From the NCBI GenBank assembly GCA_944350265.1, contig CALVOG010000005.1, forward strand, positions 2,891 to 66,890: a DNA stretch of 64,000 bases, read 5' to 3'. The stretch's first letter is position 1. Each line of letters starts with the position of its first letter. A model generated the notes under the pieces. That model worked only from the letters and a program-made list of their open reading frames with translations. It did no database searches and was not told where the DNA came from. This DNA is from an uncultured Clostridia bacterium. Lineage in GTDB: Bacteria; Bacillota; Clostridia; Christensenellales; UBA1242. Of the stretch, positions 38,060-47,832 are shown piece after piece. The position numbers and the translations under genes are program-made.

Positions 38060-38548
38060 TTGAAAAATGGGCAAAAGGTTTCCCTTAGTTTTGGGCAAAA
38101 GGTTAAAATAGGAGGAAGTGTGGCAGAAAAAGTTTTCATTGATGTTTATGATGTGGAGAATAACTCGATTTCAAATTTTTACTTTTCGAAGGATAAGTTC
38201 TTCTCCTACGGCGAAAACGACAAAACTTTTGAAGAATTTCCTGTTGACTATGAAAAAAATTTCCTTCCAGCAAAAACTATGGGCAAAAAATCGCATATCA
38301 CAACCGTTTACTGCTCGCCAAAAGTGGAAAAATATTTTAAAGACCACTTTCAAACCTTCCTCATTCAAATCGGCAAGCGTGGCGAGCGGTGTGCGAGAGA
38401 TATGAAAGAAAGAGTGCCGATATTTGGTAAGCATTACACAAAATCACAACTTAATTTGTTTTGCACCTTTTGGGAGTGTCGAAGATATTACCAAAATGAG
38501 GAAAGCAATTTAAATAAAAAAATTTTTAATGTAACATTTACAAGATGA
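38060..38548 (+). CDS. hypothetical protein encoded between rpoB and rpoC
   Basis: The 162-codon frame is open from a TTG at 38060. AGGAGG at 38110-38115 suggests the real start may be the in-frame GTG at 38120 (142 aa). Composition is host-like and no family was recognised. Confidence 0.4.
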   Translation: MKNGQKVSLSFGQKVKIGGSVAEKVFIDVYDVENNSISNFYFSKDKFFSYGENDKTFEEFPVDYEKNFLPAKTMGKKSHITTVYCSPKVEKYFKDHFQTFLIQIGKRGERCARDMKERVPIFGKHYTKSQLNLFCTFWECRRYYQNEESNLNKKIFNVTFTR

Positions 38549-38574
38549 AAAGAATTTAATTTTAGGGGATTGTT

Positions 38575-41500
38575 ATGTTTGAACTTAATAACTTTGAAAA
38601 AATCAAAATTGGACTTGCTTCGCCAGAGAAGATTAGAGAATGGTCGCACGGCGAGGTGACTAAGCCTGAAACCATCAACTATAGAACCCAAAAGCCTGAA
38701 AAGGACGGCTTGTTCTGCGAGAGGATTTTTGGACCTAAAAAGGACTGGGAATGTCACTGCGGTAAATACAAGAAAATCCGCTATCGTGGCGTAATTTGCG
38801 ATAAGTGCGGTGTTGAAGTGACAAGAAGCAAGGTGCGCCGTGAAAGAATGGGGCATATTGAACTTGCTTGCCCTGTCACGCACCTATGGTATTTTAGAAC
38901 CGTTCCTTCACGCATTGGAATGCTACTTGACCTTACTCCAAAAACTTTGGAGCAAGTGGTTTATTATATCAATTACATCGTAACAAACCCTAAAAACACA
39001 GACCTTGCTTATAAGCAAATTTTGACCGACAAGGAATACCGTGACGCGATTGAACTTTATGGCGCTGGCAGTTTTGAGGCTGGTATGGGCGCTGAGGCAA
39101 TTAAGAAACTTCTTGGCGACATCGACCTTGAGAAGGAGGCAAAAGAACTCAAAGAGGAACTTAAAAACTCCAAAGGTCAAAGAAAAATTAAGGCAGCAAA
39201 GAAACTCGACATCGTTGAGTCGTTTAGAAAGAGCGGGAACAGCCCAACTTGGATGGTTTTGGATGTTATCCCTGTTCTTCCACCAGACCTTCGTCCTATG
39301 GTGCCACTTGATGGCGGAAGATATGCAACAAGCGACTTAAACGACCTTTATAGACGCGTCATAAACCGCAACAATCGCTTGAAAAAACTCATCGAACTTG
39401 GCGCGCCTGACGTTATTTGCCGTAACGAAAAGAGAATGCTTCAAGAGGCAGTTGATAACCTTATTGATAACGGCAAGCGTGGCAAGGCAGTGCAAGGCTC
39501 AAAACAAAGAGATTTGAAGTCGCTTTCCGCAATGCTCAGCGGTAAGCAAGGTAGATTTAGACAAAACCTCCTCGGTAAGCGTGTGGACTACTCTGGCCGT
39601 TCGGTTATCGTTGTGGGACCTGAACTTAAAATCTACCAGTGCGGACTTCCTAAGGAAATGGCGCTTGAACTCTTTAAGCCTTTCATTATGAACCGCTTGG
39701 TTGAAATGAACCTCACAAACAATATTAAAACAGCAAAACGTATGATTGAAAGAGAAAAGCCAGTGGTTTGGGATATCCTCGCTGACGTCATAAAAGACCA
39801 CCCAGTGCTTTTGAACCGCGCTCCAACACTTCACCGTCTTTCCGTGCAAGCGTTCGAGCCTGTGCTTGTTGAAGGCAAGGCAATCAAGTTGCATCCGTCA
39901 GCCTGCGCCGCATTCAACGCGGACTTCGACGGCGACCAAATGCCTGTTCACATCCCTCTTTCCATCGATGCAAGAACAGAAGCAAGAACTTTGATGCTTG
40001 CATCCAACAACATTTTGAAACTTTCCGATGGCGAGCCAATCGTTTCTCCATCACAGGATATCGTGCTTGGTTGCTATTATTTGACGCTTGTTAGACCTGG
40101 CGCAAAGGGCGAGGGGAGCATCTTTGCTTCGCGTAACGAAATGATTTACGCATACCAAACCAAAAACCTCGATTTGCAAGCGGAATGCACTGTGCGTTTA
40201 ACCAAGGAAGTGAACGGAAAAACTTACACAAAGCGTATCACCACAACCGTTGGGCGTGTGCTTTTCAATAATATCATTCCACAAAACTTGGGTTATGTTG
40301 ATAGAACTATCGAGGATAACATTTGCGAACTTGAAATCAACAAGCCAATTATGAAGGCGGGGCTTAAAGACCTTATCGGCGATGTGTATGACAAATTCGG
40401 CACAACTGCAACCGCTGAACTTGTTGATAAACTTAAGGAAATCGGCTATAAATATTCCACCCTTGCTTCCATCTCGGTGAACATTTACGACATTGAAGAG
40501 CCAAAAGAGAAGAAAGAGATTATGAAAGAGGCTGAGGACCAAGTTTTGGAAAACGAGAAACTCCTCAACCGCGGTCTTATCACCATCAACGAGAAGTTGG
40601 ACGCAAATATTGACATTTGGAACCACGCTGTGAGCAAAGTGCAAGATGCGGTTGTTAAGTCGCTTGACCCATTCAACCCATTCTCACTTATGGTGCTTTC
40701 GGGCGCGCGCGGAAATAAAGTGCAGTTAAATAGTGACTGCGGTATGATTGGTATTAAAACAACGGCGTCGGGAACGAAAATCGACACGCCTATTAAGTCG
40801 TCGTTTAGAACGGGCTTGACACCAATTGAATACTTCGTCAACTCGCGTGGTTCGCGTAAAGGTTTGTCTGACACCGCGCTTAAAACCGCTGACTCTGGTT
40901 ACCTCACAAGACGTTTGGTGGATGTTGCGCAAGACGTTGTGATAACCGCCGACGATTGCTTCGCTGAAACAGGCGAAAAGATTAAGGGCGTTGTGGTTAG
41001 CGACCTCGTTGCTGACGGTGTTGTGCAAGAAAGTTTGGCAGAAAGAATTTACGGACGTGTGGCAGTTGAAGATATCGTAAATCCTAAGACCAAAGAGGTG
41101 ATTGTTAAGTCGAATGAAATGATTACGAAAGAACAAGCGGACGAAATCACCAAGGCGGGAATTAAGGAAGTTCAAATCCGCTCGCTCATCACTTGCCGTT
41201 GCAAGCACGGCGTTTGCGCAAAGTGCTATGGCAGAAATATGGCTGGCAAAGATATGGTTCCTCTTGGCGAGGCTGTGGGCATTATCGCCGCTCAATCAAT
41301 CGGCGAGCCTGGCACTCAGTTGACAATGAGAACCTTCCACACTGGTGGTTCGGCGGTTGCTGCGGATATCACACAAGGTCTGCCGAGAGTTGAGGAAATC
41401 TTCGAGGCAAGAAAACCTAAGGGCGAGTGCATCCTTTCGGAGGTTGCTGGTAAGGTGCATATTCGTGAGGACGCTAAAAATTACACCATCACCATTTTGA

Positions 41501-42099
41501 CTGGCGAGGGCGACATTGATTACGAAGTGAGAAAACCAGCCGTGTTGAAAGTTAAAGAGGGTGAGTCGGTTGAGCCTGGTTCGCAACTCACTGGCGGTGC
41601 AATCAACCCAACCGACCTTTTGAGAACAAAAGGTTTGAAAGGACTTGAACAATATCTTCTCAGTGAAGTTATCAAAGTTTATCGTGGGCAAGATGTTAAG
41701 GTTAATGACAAGCATATCGAAATCATCATCCGTCAAATGCTTAAAAAGGTTAAGATTGAGGACGCTGGCGACACAAATCTTTTAACTGGCGAAATCGTTG
41801 ATATCTCGCGTTGCGACGAAGAAAACGAAAGAACTTTGAGAGAGGGTGGTCGTCCTGCCATTGCAAGAAGAATGCTTCTTGGCATCACAAGGGCGGCGCT
41901 TATGACGGAATCTTTCCTCTCATCTTCCTCCTTCCAAGAGACCTCAAGAGTTTTGACCGATGCTGCGCTTAAAGGCAAAGTGGACAACCTTATTGGTATT
42001 AAGGAAAACGTTATCATTGGAAAACTCATCCCAGCGGGAACAGGGCTTAAAAAGTATCGAGCAGTTGTGCCTGTTAAGGTTGAAGACACTGCAATGTAA
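38575..42099 (+). CDS. rpoC: DNA-directed RNA polymerase subunit beta'
   Basis: The translation is unambiguously RpoC: a zinc-binding [11 protein letters not shown] motif, [12 protein letters not shown], and trigger loop/bridge helix regions. Confidence 0.97.
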   Translation: MFELNNFEKIKIGLASPEKIREWSHGEVTKPETINYRTQKPEKDGLFCERIFGPKKDWECHCGKYKKIRYRGVICDKCGVEVTRSKVRRERMGHIELACPVTHLWYFRTVPSRIGMLLDLTPKTLEQVVYYINYIVTNPKNTDLAYKQILTDKEYRDAIELYGAGSFEAGMGAEAIKKLLGDIDLEKEAKELKEELKNSKGQRKIKAAKKLDIVESFRKSGNSPTWMVLDVIPVLPPDLRPMVPLDGGRYATSDLNDLYRRVINRNNRLKKLIELGAPDVICRNEKRMLQEAVDNLIDNGKRGKAVQGSKQRDLKSLSAMLSGKQGRFRQNLLGKRVDYSGRSVIVVGPELKIYQCGLPKEMALELFKPFIMNRLVEMNLTNNIKTAKRMIEREKPVVWDILADVIKDHPVLLNRAPTLHRLSVQAFEPVLVEGKAIKLHPSACAAFNADFDGDQMPVHIPLSIDARTEARTLMLASNNILKLSDGEPIVSPSQDIVLGCYYLTLVRPGAKGEGSIFASRNEMIYAYQTKNLDLQAECTVRLTKEVNGKTYTKRITTTVGRVLFNNIIPQNLGYVDRTIEDNICELEINKPIMKAGLKDLIGDVYDKFGTTATAELVDKLKEIGYKYSTLASISVNIYDIEEPKEKKEIMKEAEDQVLENEKLLNRGLITINEKLDANIDIWNHAVSKVQDAVVKSLDPFNPFSLMVLSGARGNKVQLNSDCGMIGIKTTASGTKIDTPIKSSFRTGLTPIEYFVNSRGSRKGLSDTALKTADSGYLTRRLVDVAQDVVITADDCFAETGEKIKGVVVSDLVADGVVQESLAERIYGRVAVEDIVNPKTKEVIVKSNEMITKEQADEITKAGIKEVQIRSLITCRCKHGVCAKCYGRNMAGKDMVPLGEAVGIIAAQSIGEPGTQLTMRTFHTGGSAVAADITQGLPRVEEIFEARKPKGECILSEVAGKVHIREDAKNYTITILTGEGDIDYEVRKPAVLKVKEGESVEPGSQLTGGAINPTDLLRTKGLKGLEQYLLSEVIKVYRGQDVKVNDKHIEIIIRQMLKKVKIEDAGDTNLLTGEIVDISRCDEENERTLREGGRPAIARRMLLGITRAALMTESFLSSSSFQETSRVLTDAALKGKVDNLIGIKENVIIGKLIPAGTGLKKYRAVVPVKVEDTAM

Positions 42100-42159
42100 T
42101 TACAAATTTAGCCGTGTTTTACTGGCGCAAGAGTGGCGAAAAGTGTTTGAGGATATAAA

Positions 42160-42194
42160 ATATGGTGTAGTATGCAATGCATACTACACCATAT
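42160..42194. terminator. long palindromic hairpin between convergent rpoC and the 42465-42875 gene
   Basis: ATATGGTGTAGTATGCA-A-TGCATACTACACCATAT has 17-nt perfectly complementary arms. There is only a short T-run (TTT) afterwards. Confidence 0.5.
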
Positions 42195-42464
42195 TTAGTA
42201 TATAGCCTAATCTTATCAAGTAATTTTGTCAAACTCCAAATTTATAAATTAACCAATTTGCTTAGCCAAATCTTACTTTGCCACTTTAACTTAACCAAAT
42301 CTACTTTACTAAATCAATTAAGATTTACATTACTAAGTAAACAAGATTTACCTCACTAAAAAAACATTTACTTAACTTAATCAGGTTTATTTAACTAAAT
42401 TTATCTTGCATCCCTTTATGGGTGGAGTTAAGACAGGGCGCTGTTAAGATTTTTTATATGAAAA

Positions 42465-42875
42465 TTATATTTCTTTTTGTGGCTCGGCGGTTTTAGTGTA
42501 ACTGCTGTCGGCGATTAGCACTTCTTTACTTTGCACCATATTTTTATCAGTGTTTTTGCTGACCCTGTAGGTGAAAGTGGTTGAGCCTTTTGACGAAAAT
42601 GACATAATTTGAAATTTTGTTCTATCTGTTAAATCGTCCTTAATTTTAAGGTCGATTTTTTCAAAGCCGTCGTCGAAAGAGAAGGAAAGTATGCGAACAT
42701 CGCTGTTGACCTGCTCGCTTTCTTCGCTTAGCGCATTGTGCTTGCGTGCATAATCCAGCAAACTGCGTGCGGTGTTGCCTGTGAGGTAAATTTTGCAATC
42801 AAGGTTTTCTACGACCGCCTTTTTGATGTAATCTAAGACGTTTGCTTTTTTAGGTATTGCAATATAGTCATCCAT
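42465..42875 (-). CDS. hypothetical protein
   Basis: GGAGG lies 7 nt upstream of the ATG. The product is 136 aa and no family was recognised. Confidence 0.5.
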   Translation of the reverse strand: MDDYIAIPKKANVLDYIKKAVVENLDCKIYLTGNTARSLLDYARKHNALSEESEQVNSDVRILSFSFDDGFEKIDLKIKDDLTDRTKFQIMSFSSKGSTTFTYRVSKNTDKNMVQSKEVLIADSSYTKTAEPQKEI

Positions 42876-43098
42876 AAACTTTCCTCCTTTTCTCTACGTG
42901 GTTTCGCTTATGTTATATCATTAAACTTTTCATTTTGTGGCTTTTATATTTACACTATTACCTCAAATTTTATGTGAAGTTTTATTTCAATTTAAAGCGT
43001 AAACTTAACTTTTCTCTCCAACACCTTGAAGTTCACGGTTTTTATTAAAAATAGCAAAATTGTTAATTTTAATGCGTATCAAACTGATAAGTATTTAG

Positions 43099-44385
43099 TT
43101 AGTTAATAGGCGTTATTACTTTTTTTCCGCCCATATACTTCTGAAGAACTTCCGGCACCAACACACTGCCGTCCTCTTGCAAGTTGTTTTCTAAGAGCGC
43201 AATGAGTGCGCGGGTGGAGGCAAGCACGGTGTTGTTGAGGGTGTGAAGATAATAGTTGCCCTTTTCACCTTTTGCGCGGATGCCAAGCCTGCGCGCCTGC
43301 GCGTCGCCAAGTGTGGAGCAAGAGCCGACTTCAAAATATTTCTTTTGGCGCGGACTCCAAGCCTCAACATCACAACTTTTCACTTTAAGGTCGGCAAGGT
43401 CACCACTGCAACATTCAAGCGTGCGCACAGGTATGTTCATATTGCGGAAAATCTCCACAGTGTAATTCCACATTTTGTTATACCAGTCCATACTTTCCTC
43501 TGGGCGACACAAAACAATCATCTCTTGCTTTTCGAATTGATGGACGCGATAAATTCCGCGCTCCTCAATGCCGTGCGCGCCAACTTCTTTGCGAAAGCAA
43601 GGACTATACGAGGTCATTGTGATTGGAAGTTCTTTCTCGTTTATGATTTGACCTTTGAATCTGCCTATCATACTATGCTCGCTTGTGCCGATAAGGTAGA
43701 GGTCCTCTCCTTCAATTTTATACATCATTGCGTCCATTTCGGCAAAACTCATAACACCGTTCACAACGTCGCTTCTTATCATAAATGGAGGTATGCAGTA
43801 GATAAAACCTTTTTCAATCATATAGTCGCGGGCGTAGTTTATCATTGCGCTGACAAGCCTTGCTGGGTCGCCGATAAGATAATAAAAACCATTTCCGCTC
43901 GTTCTGCCTGCGCTTTCTTTGTCTAAGCCGTTAAATCTCTTTAAAATGTCGGCGTGATATGGCACTTCAAACGCTGGCACCTTAGGTTCGCCAAAACGCT
44001 CGATTTCCACATTTTCGCTGTCGTCCTTGCCGAGTGGGACGCTGGCGTCGATTATGTTTGGAATTGTCATCATATTTTTTTTGATTTGCTCATTGAGCGC
44101 ATCTTCTTCCTTTTCAATCTCGGCAATTCGTTCGTTATTCTTTTTGACGGTTTCCTTAATTTTGTTTGCCTCGTCCACATTTTTCTCGCGCATAAGTTTG
44201 CCAATTTGCTCGCTTAAACTGTTGCGGGAGGCGCGGAGTGCATCTGCCTCTTGTTTAAGGGCACGGTTTTTCTTATCTAATTCAAAAACCTCGTCAACAA
44301 GAGGGAGTTTTTCGTCCTGGAATTTCTTTTTGATATTTTCCTTCACAAGTTCTCTATTTGTTCTAATTAAATTGATGTCAATCAT
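43099..44385 (-). CDS. serS: seryl-tRNA synthetase
   Basis: It has an N-terminal coiled-coil arm and class II motifs (FRKEVGAHG..RGIYRVHQFEK, GSCSTLGDAQARR). AAGGAG lies upstream of the ATG. Confidence 0.95.
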   Translation of the reverse strand: MIDINLIRTNRELVKENIKKKFQDEKLPLVDEVFELDKKNRALKQEADALRASRNSLSEQIGKLMREKNVDEANKIKETVKKNNERIAEIEKEEDALNEQIKKNMMTIPNIIDASVPLGKDDSENVEIERFGEPKVPAFEVPYHADILKRFNGLDKESAGRTSGNGFYYLIGDPARLVSAMINYARDYMIEKGFIYCIPPFMIRSDVVNGVMSFAEMDAMMYKIEGEDLYLIGTSEHSMIGRFKGQIINEKELPITMTSYSPCFRKEVGAHGIEERGIYRVHQFEKQEMIVLCRPEESMDWYNKMWNYTVEIFRNMNIPVRTLECCSGDLADLKVKSCDVEAWSPRQKKYFEVGSCSTLGDAQARRLGIRAKGEKGNYYLHTLNNTVLASTRALIALLENNLQEDGSVLVPEVLQKYMGGKKVITPIN

Positions 44386-44463
44386 TTTTATCTCCTTACT
44401 CTATTATTTTAGTTCAATTTGGCGTAAAAAGCAAGTTATTTCGGTGAAAAAATTTGTTTTGAT

Positions 44464-44587
44464 GGGGCGCTGGGAGCGCGCGAAACGCGCGCTCGGCGAG
44501 AGGCGCAAAAGGTTTAAAAAAAATGCGTAAGGGCTAGGCGCGCCTCTCGCCACCGATTTTTCGCCGAAAAATCGGTTCCAGCGCCCG
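44464..44587. other. GC-rich nested-palindrome element folding into a four-helix junction
   Basis: GGGCGCTGG (44465-73) pairs with CCAGCGCCC (44578-86). A hairpin GAGCGCGCG-AAA-CGCGCGCTC spans 44474-94. GGCGAGAGGCGC (44495-506) pairs with GCGCCTCTCGCC (44540-51). A hairpin ACCGATTTTTC-GCC-GAAAAATCGGT spans 44552-76. All four stems are perfect. Confidence 0.8.
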
Positions 44588-44811
44588 CCTTGTGACTATC
44601 TTGCCCACCAAAATTCAAAGCAAAATAAGCATTATTTTAAGAACCTATCAACTGCAAAACTTAAACCTAGTCTTGTCAACGCTTTTTTAATTTCTTTTAA
44701 AGTGATATAAGTTTAGCGCAATCAAAAAAAGCGCGTGCAAAGAGAAAACAACAAGAAAATTGCATAAATATTAAAAAAAATTAATTTTTATAAATAATTT
44801 GAGTATTTTGT

Positions 44812-44840
44812 TTGACAATTTTTTCATAAATAGATAAAAT
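44812..44840 (+). promoter_or_regulatory. sigma-A promoter for ftsA-ftsZ
   Basis: TTGACA, a 17-nt spacer and TAAAAT lie 20 nt upstream of the ftsA ATG. Confidence 0.55.
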
Positions 44841-44859
44841 ATAGTTATAAAGAGGGGTT

Positions 44860-45975
44860 ATGGCGGAAAATTGCGTAACGGTTATTGAAATCGGTTCGTC
44901 CAAACTTTCGTGTATGATTGCCGAGAGGGGGCTTAACAACACTTTCTGCATCAAAGCGAAGGCGTCGGTTGATTACGCTGGCTTTTTGGAGGGCGATTTT
45001 GTGGAAAAGGCGTATTTAGACGACGCTGTGATGACTCTTTTTTCGCAAATCACGTCGGTATACAAAAAGAAAATCAAAAAAGTTTTTGTAGGTGTGCCTG
45101 CCGAATTTTCGAAGGTTATCACCGAAAACTGTCAACTGAACTTCAAAAATCGTCACGCGATAAGCGAGAAGGACATTGATAACATCATTGCCAGCGCATC
45201 CAGCGCGAACTATGCTGATGATATGGACATAATTTCGGTCAACCCAATTTCCTACACGCTCGACGAGGCGAAGAACATACAAAATCCGTTAAAACAAAAG
45301 TGCTATTTCATCTCAGCCGACCTATCGGTGGTGCTATGCAAGGCGGATTTCATTAAACAATTCAACAAAATTTTCTCAAAGATGAACATCGAACAGGTGG
45401 AATACATAAGCGAACCGCTTGCCGAAGGGCTGTTTATTTTGGCAGAGGAGGAACGCGAGCGCACTTGCATTGTGATTGATGTTGGCGCGCGCTCCACAAG
45501 TGTGGCGTTCATTAAAAACAATGCGATGACAAACCTCACCTCTTTCTCAATGGGAGGGTCCTACATAACAAGCGACCTCGCCGAGGCCTGCGGAATTGAT
45601 TACCAAGAAGCGCGTCGGCTGAAAAAGCAAATTGTGCTTTCTCTTAAGGGCGCGGATGACACCTACGAACTCTCCACACTTGGCGGAAAAATTTTGAAGT
45701 TGCCGTTGAATTTTGTCAATGAGGCTGTGTGCTATCGAATAGGGCTGATTGCCTCCACGGTCAACGAGTGCATCCGTGTTTTCGCCAAGGAGTATGTGCC
45801 GTTCTATCCAATCTATCTTTGCGGGGCGGGCATAAGCAAGTTGCGAGGCGGAAAGGACTATCTTGCAAAGTGCCTTAATCGAAACGTTAGTTATGGCACA
45901 CCTCCAATTCCGGGGATGGACAAGCCGGAACTTGCCTCAATCTTGGGGCTTGTGTCGACCGCGCTGAATAGTTAA
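44860..45975 (+). CDS. ftsA: cell division protein FtsA (short form, no obvious C-terminal membrane-targeting helix)
   Basis: It has an actin-fold ATPase pattern (VIEIGSSKL, IVIDVGARSTSVA, MGGSYITSDLA, LCGAGISKLRG). It lies immediately upstream of ftsZ. The product is 371 aa. Confidence 0.85.
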   Translation: MAENCVTVIEIGSSKLSCMIAERGLNNTFCIKAKASVDYAGFLEGDFVEKAYLDDAVMTLFSQITSVYKKKIKKVFVGVPAEFSKVITENCQLNFKNRHAISEKDIDNIIASASSANYADDMDIISVNPISYTLDEAKNIQNPLKQKCYFISADLSVVLCKADFIKQFNKIFSKMNIEQVEYISEPLAEGLFILAEEERERTCIVIDVGARSTSVAFIKNNAMTNLTSFSMGGSYITSDLAEACGIDYQEARRLKKQIVLSLKGADDTYELSTLGGKILKLPLNFVNEAVCYRIGLIASTVNECIRVFAKEYVPFYPIYLCGAGISKLRGGKDYLAKCLNRNVSYGTPPIPGMDKPELASILGLVSTALNS

Positions 45976-46041
45976 AAAATATTCGTCAAAAAGTTGCATT
46001 TAGTTTCCAAAAAAGTTAAAATAAAATAAAAGGAGAAAATT

Positions 46042-47214
46042 ATGGAACAACAAGACTTAAACTCAACTTCCGTGGTAAAAATCAAGGTGCTGGGCGTCGG
46101 CGGGGGCGGAAATAACGCCGTGAACCGTATGATTGACGCCAACGTTTCAAGCGCGGAGTTCGTTGCTATCAACACTGATAAGCAGGCGCTTTTAATCTCA
46201 AAAGCACCAAAGCGCCTTCAAATCGGCGAAAGATTGACGGGCGGTAAGGGTGCGGGTGGCATCCCAGAAGTGGGAAGAAAATCCGCTGAAGAAAGCAAAA
46301 CCTCCATCACAGAGGTGCTTAAAGGCGCGGACCTCGTGTTTATCACCGCTGGTATGGGTGGCGGAACGGGAACGGGCGCGGCTCCAGTTATCGCACAAAT
46401 CGCCAAAGAACTTGGCATACTCACGGTTGGTATTGTCACCAAACCTTTTGCGTTTGAAAATAGACGAAGAATGGAAAATGCGGAAAAGGGCATCAATGAA
46501 CTCAAAAAATATGTCGACACCATTGTTATCATTCCAAACGAACGCCTTGCAACGATTTTGCCTGAAAAAATCACTCTTGTTGACGCGTTTAGGTATGCGG
46601 ACGACGTTCTTCGCCAAGGTATTCAAGGAATAAGCGACCTCATCGTTTTCCCTGGTATGATTAACTTGGATTTCGCGGATGTGGAAACTGTTATGAAAAA
46701 CCGTGGACTTGCGCATATGGGTATCGGCAGAGGTAAGGGCGAAAATAAAACCTTGGAGGCAGTGCGTCAGGCAGTGGCTTCTCCTCTTATCGAAACCACA
46801 ATTGAGGGCGCGACTGGCGTTGTTTTGAACATTAAGGGCGGAAGCGATATCACTTTGCGCGAGGTTACTGAAGCGGCTAATATGGTTAAGGAGGTTATCG
46901 ACCCAAGTTGTAACCTTATCTTCGGTTCGAGTATCGACCCAGAAATGCACGACGAGGTGGAAATCACCATCATCGCAACTGGCTTTAGAGGCAAGGACGA
47001 CGAGGAAGAGGAAAAAGAAGAGGCTGAGCCTGAGAATTTGGCAGAAGATAAGAAGGATGACGACGAGTTTAAGAGTTTCAATCCTTTTGGCTACACCGCT
47101 CCTAAGGAAGAGGTTAAGTTGGAGCAAAACGACCAAACGTCACGCGTTGATGTTAACCCATCTTCTTCCATTCCACCTTGGATTGAAAAAATTAGAAGTA
47201 AATGGAAAAAATAA
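46042..47214 (+). CDS. ftsZ: cell division protein FtsZ
   Basis: Motifs GVGGGGNNAVNRM and the tubulin signature GMGGGTGTGAAPVIA are present. A variable acidic linker and a C-terminal peptide follow. Confidence 0.97.
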   Translation: MEQQDLNSTSVVKIKVLGVGGGGNNAVNRMIDANVSSAEFVAINTDKQALLISKAPKRLQIGERLTGGKGAGGIPEVGRKSAEESKTSITEVLKGADLVFITAGMGGGTGTGAAPVIAQIAKELGILTVGIVTKPFAFENRRRMENAEKGINELKKYVDTIVIIPNERLATILPEKITLVDAFRYADDVLRQGIQGISDLIVFPGMINLDFADVETVMKNRGLAHMGIGRGKGENKTLEAVRQAVASPLIETTIEGATGVVLNIKGGSDITLREVTEAANMVKEVIDPSCNLIFGSSIDPEMHDEVEITIIATGFRGKDDEEEEKEEAEPENLAEDKKDDDEFKSFNPFGYTAPKEEVKLEQNDQTSRVDVNPSSSIPPWIEKIRSKWKK

Positions 47215-47258
47215 GACTTAAATTGATAATGCTTCTTTAAAGTATTTTAAATAAAAGA

Positions 47259-47303
47259 CTGTTTATGAATCGAATGAAAGTTCGTCCATAAACAGCCTTT
47301 TTT
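47259..47303 (+). terminator. intrinsic terminator after ftsZ
   Basis: The stem CTGTTTATG/CATAAACAG has inner CGAA/TTCG pairs. It is followed by T6 at 47298-47303. Confidence 0.7.
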
Positions 47304-47317
47304 ATTGCACAAAAAAT

Positions 47318-47800
47318 CGCATTGCGCGAAATGCAATACTATTTGATTGCAATTTAGCCTATATCGAAGAATAGCGCTAAATGACATTCTAAGGCAACGC
47401 CGAAGAATTTTGGTGGCGTTTTCGAATTTTGAAAGCCGTTCTACGACGAGATTCTTCGCTAACGCTCAGAATGACAAGCGAGCCAATAGTCCTAACGGAA
47501 TAAGTCGCATTGCGCGAAATGTTATTTGATTGCAATCTAGCTCATACCAAGAATAGTGCTAAATGACATTCTAAGGCAACGCCGAAGAATTTTGGTGGCA
47601 TTTTCGAATTTTGAAAGCCGTTCTACGACGAGATTCTTCGCTCCGCTCAGAATGACAAGCGAGTCAATAGTCCTAACGGAATAAGTCGCATAGCGCGAAA
47701 TGCAATACTATTTGATTGCAATTTAGCCTATATCGAAGAATAGTGCTAAATGACATTCTAAGGCAACGCCAAAGAATGGTCGTAGGTGACGTTGCCACTT
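47318..47800. repeat. tandem array (about 2.6 copies) of a 181-188-bp composite repeat built from family-A cores
   Basis: Copies start at 47318, 47506 and 47687 with CGCAT(T/A)GCGCGAAATG... Each contains GACATTCTAAGGCAACGCCGAAGAAT and the inverted CTACGACGAGATTCTTCGCT..CGCTCAGAATGACAAGCGAG.CAATAGTCCTAACGG. Confidence 0.9.
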
Positions 47801-47832
47801 TTTAATGTATTGCTTAACACCACGGTATTGTA

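Noticed and set aside
38118-38405. Alternative 95-codon frame in the rpoB-rpoC spacer, plus the minus-strand ORFs 38171-38434 and 38488-38883.
   Set aside because: They overlap the longer 38060-38548 frame and have Trp/Arg/Phe-rich improbable translations. The 38488-38883 ORF also runs antisense into rpoC. Only the longest frame is kept, as a low-confidence CDS.
42200-42420. Degenerate periodic motifs of about 22 bp (AAATCTTACTT / AGATTTAC.T.A) downstream of rpoC.
   Set aside because: The copies are too divergent to define a unit by eye. The region lies between two convergent gene ends. It may just be low-complexity AT-rich spacer and is not convincing as a feature.
44386-44859. Expected T-box riboswitch upstream of serS.
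   Set aside because: I read the minus strand through the whole leader. I found no GGTGGTACCGCG-like T-box sequence, no AGAGA/AGUA-GAA specifier architecture and no terminator/antiterminator pair. Only the GC-rich four-helix element, reported separately, is present.
46198-47136. A 312-codon ORF antisense to ftsZ. Similar long antisense ORFs include 34747-35586 in rpoB, 63111-63845 in aspS, 43243-43926 in serS, 12234-12782 in rel and 10223-10705 in recJ. Many 60-125-codon ORFs occur on both strands inside the giant gene.
   Set aside because: Each lies entirely inside, and opposite to or out of frame with, a gene whose translation is unmistakably a conserved protein. Their translations are compositionally odd (Arg/Ser/Cys/Phe-rich), and they lack RBS context. 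They are classic shadow ORFs.
47347-47529. A 60-codon ORF inside the tandem repeat array.
   Set aside because: It is generated by the family-A repeat cores (translation ...RQRRRILV...). The same pseudo-ORF fragments recur wherever the repeat occurs.
47318-47800. Possible CRISPR array. The 55609-55689 array was considered too.
   Set aside because: The 181-188-bp units are contiguous near-identical copies with no unique spacers. The 16-bp units also abut each other. No cas genes are in the window. Both are plain tandem repeats.
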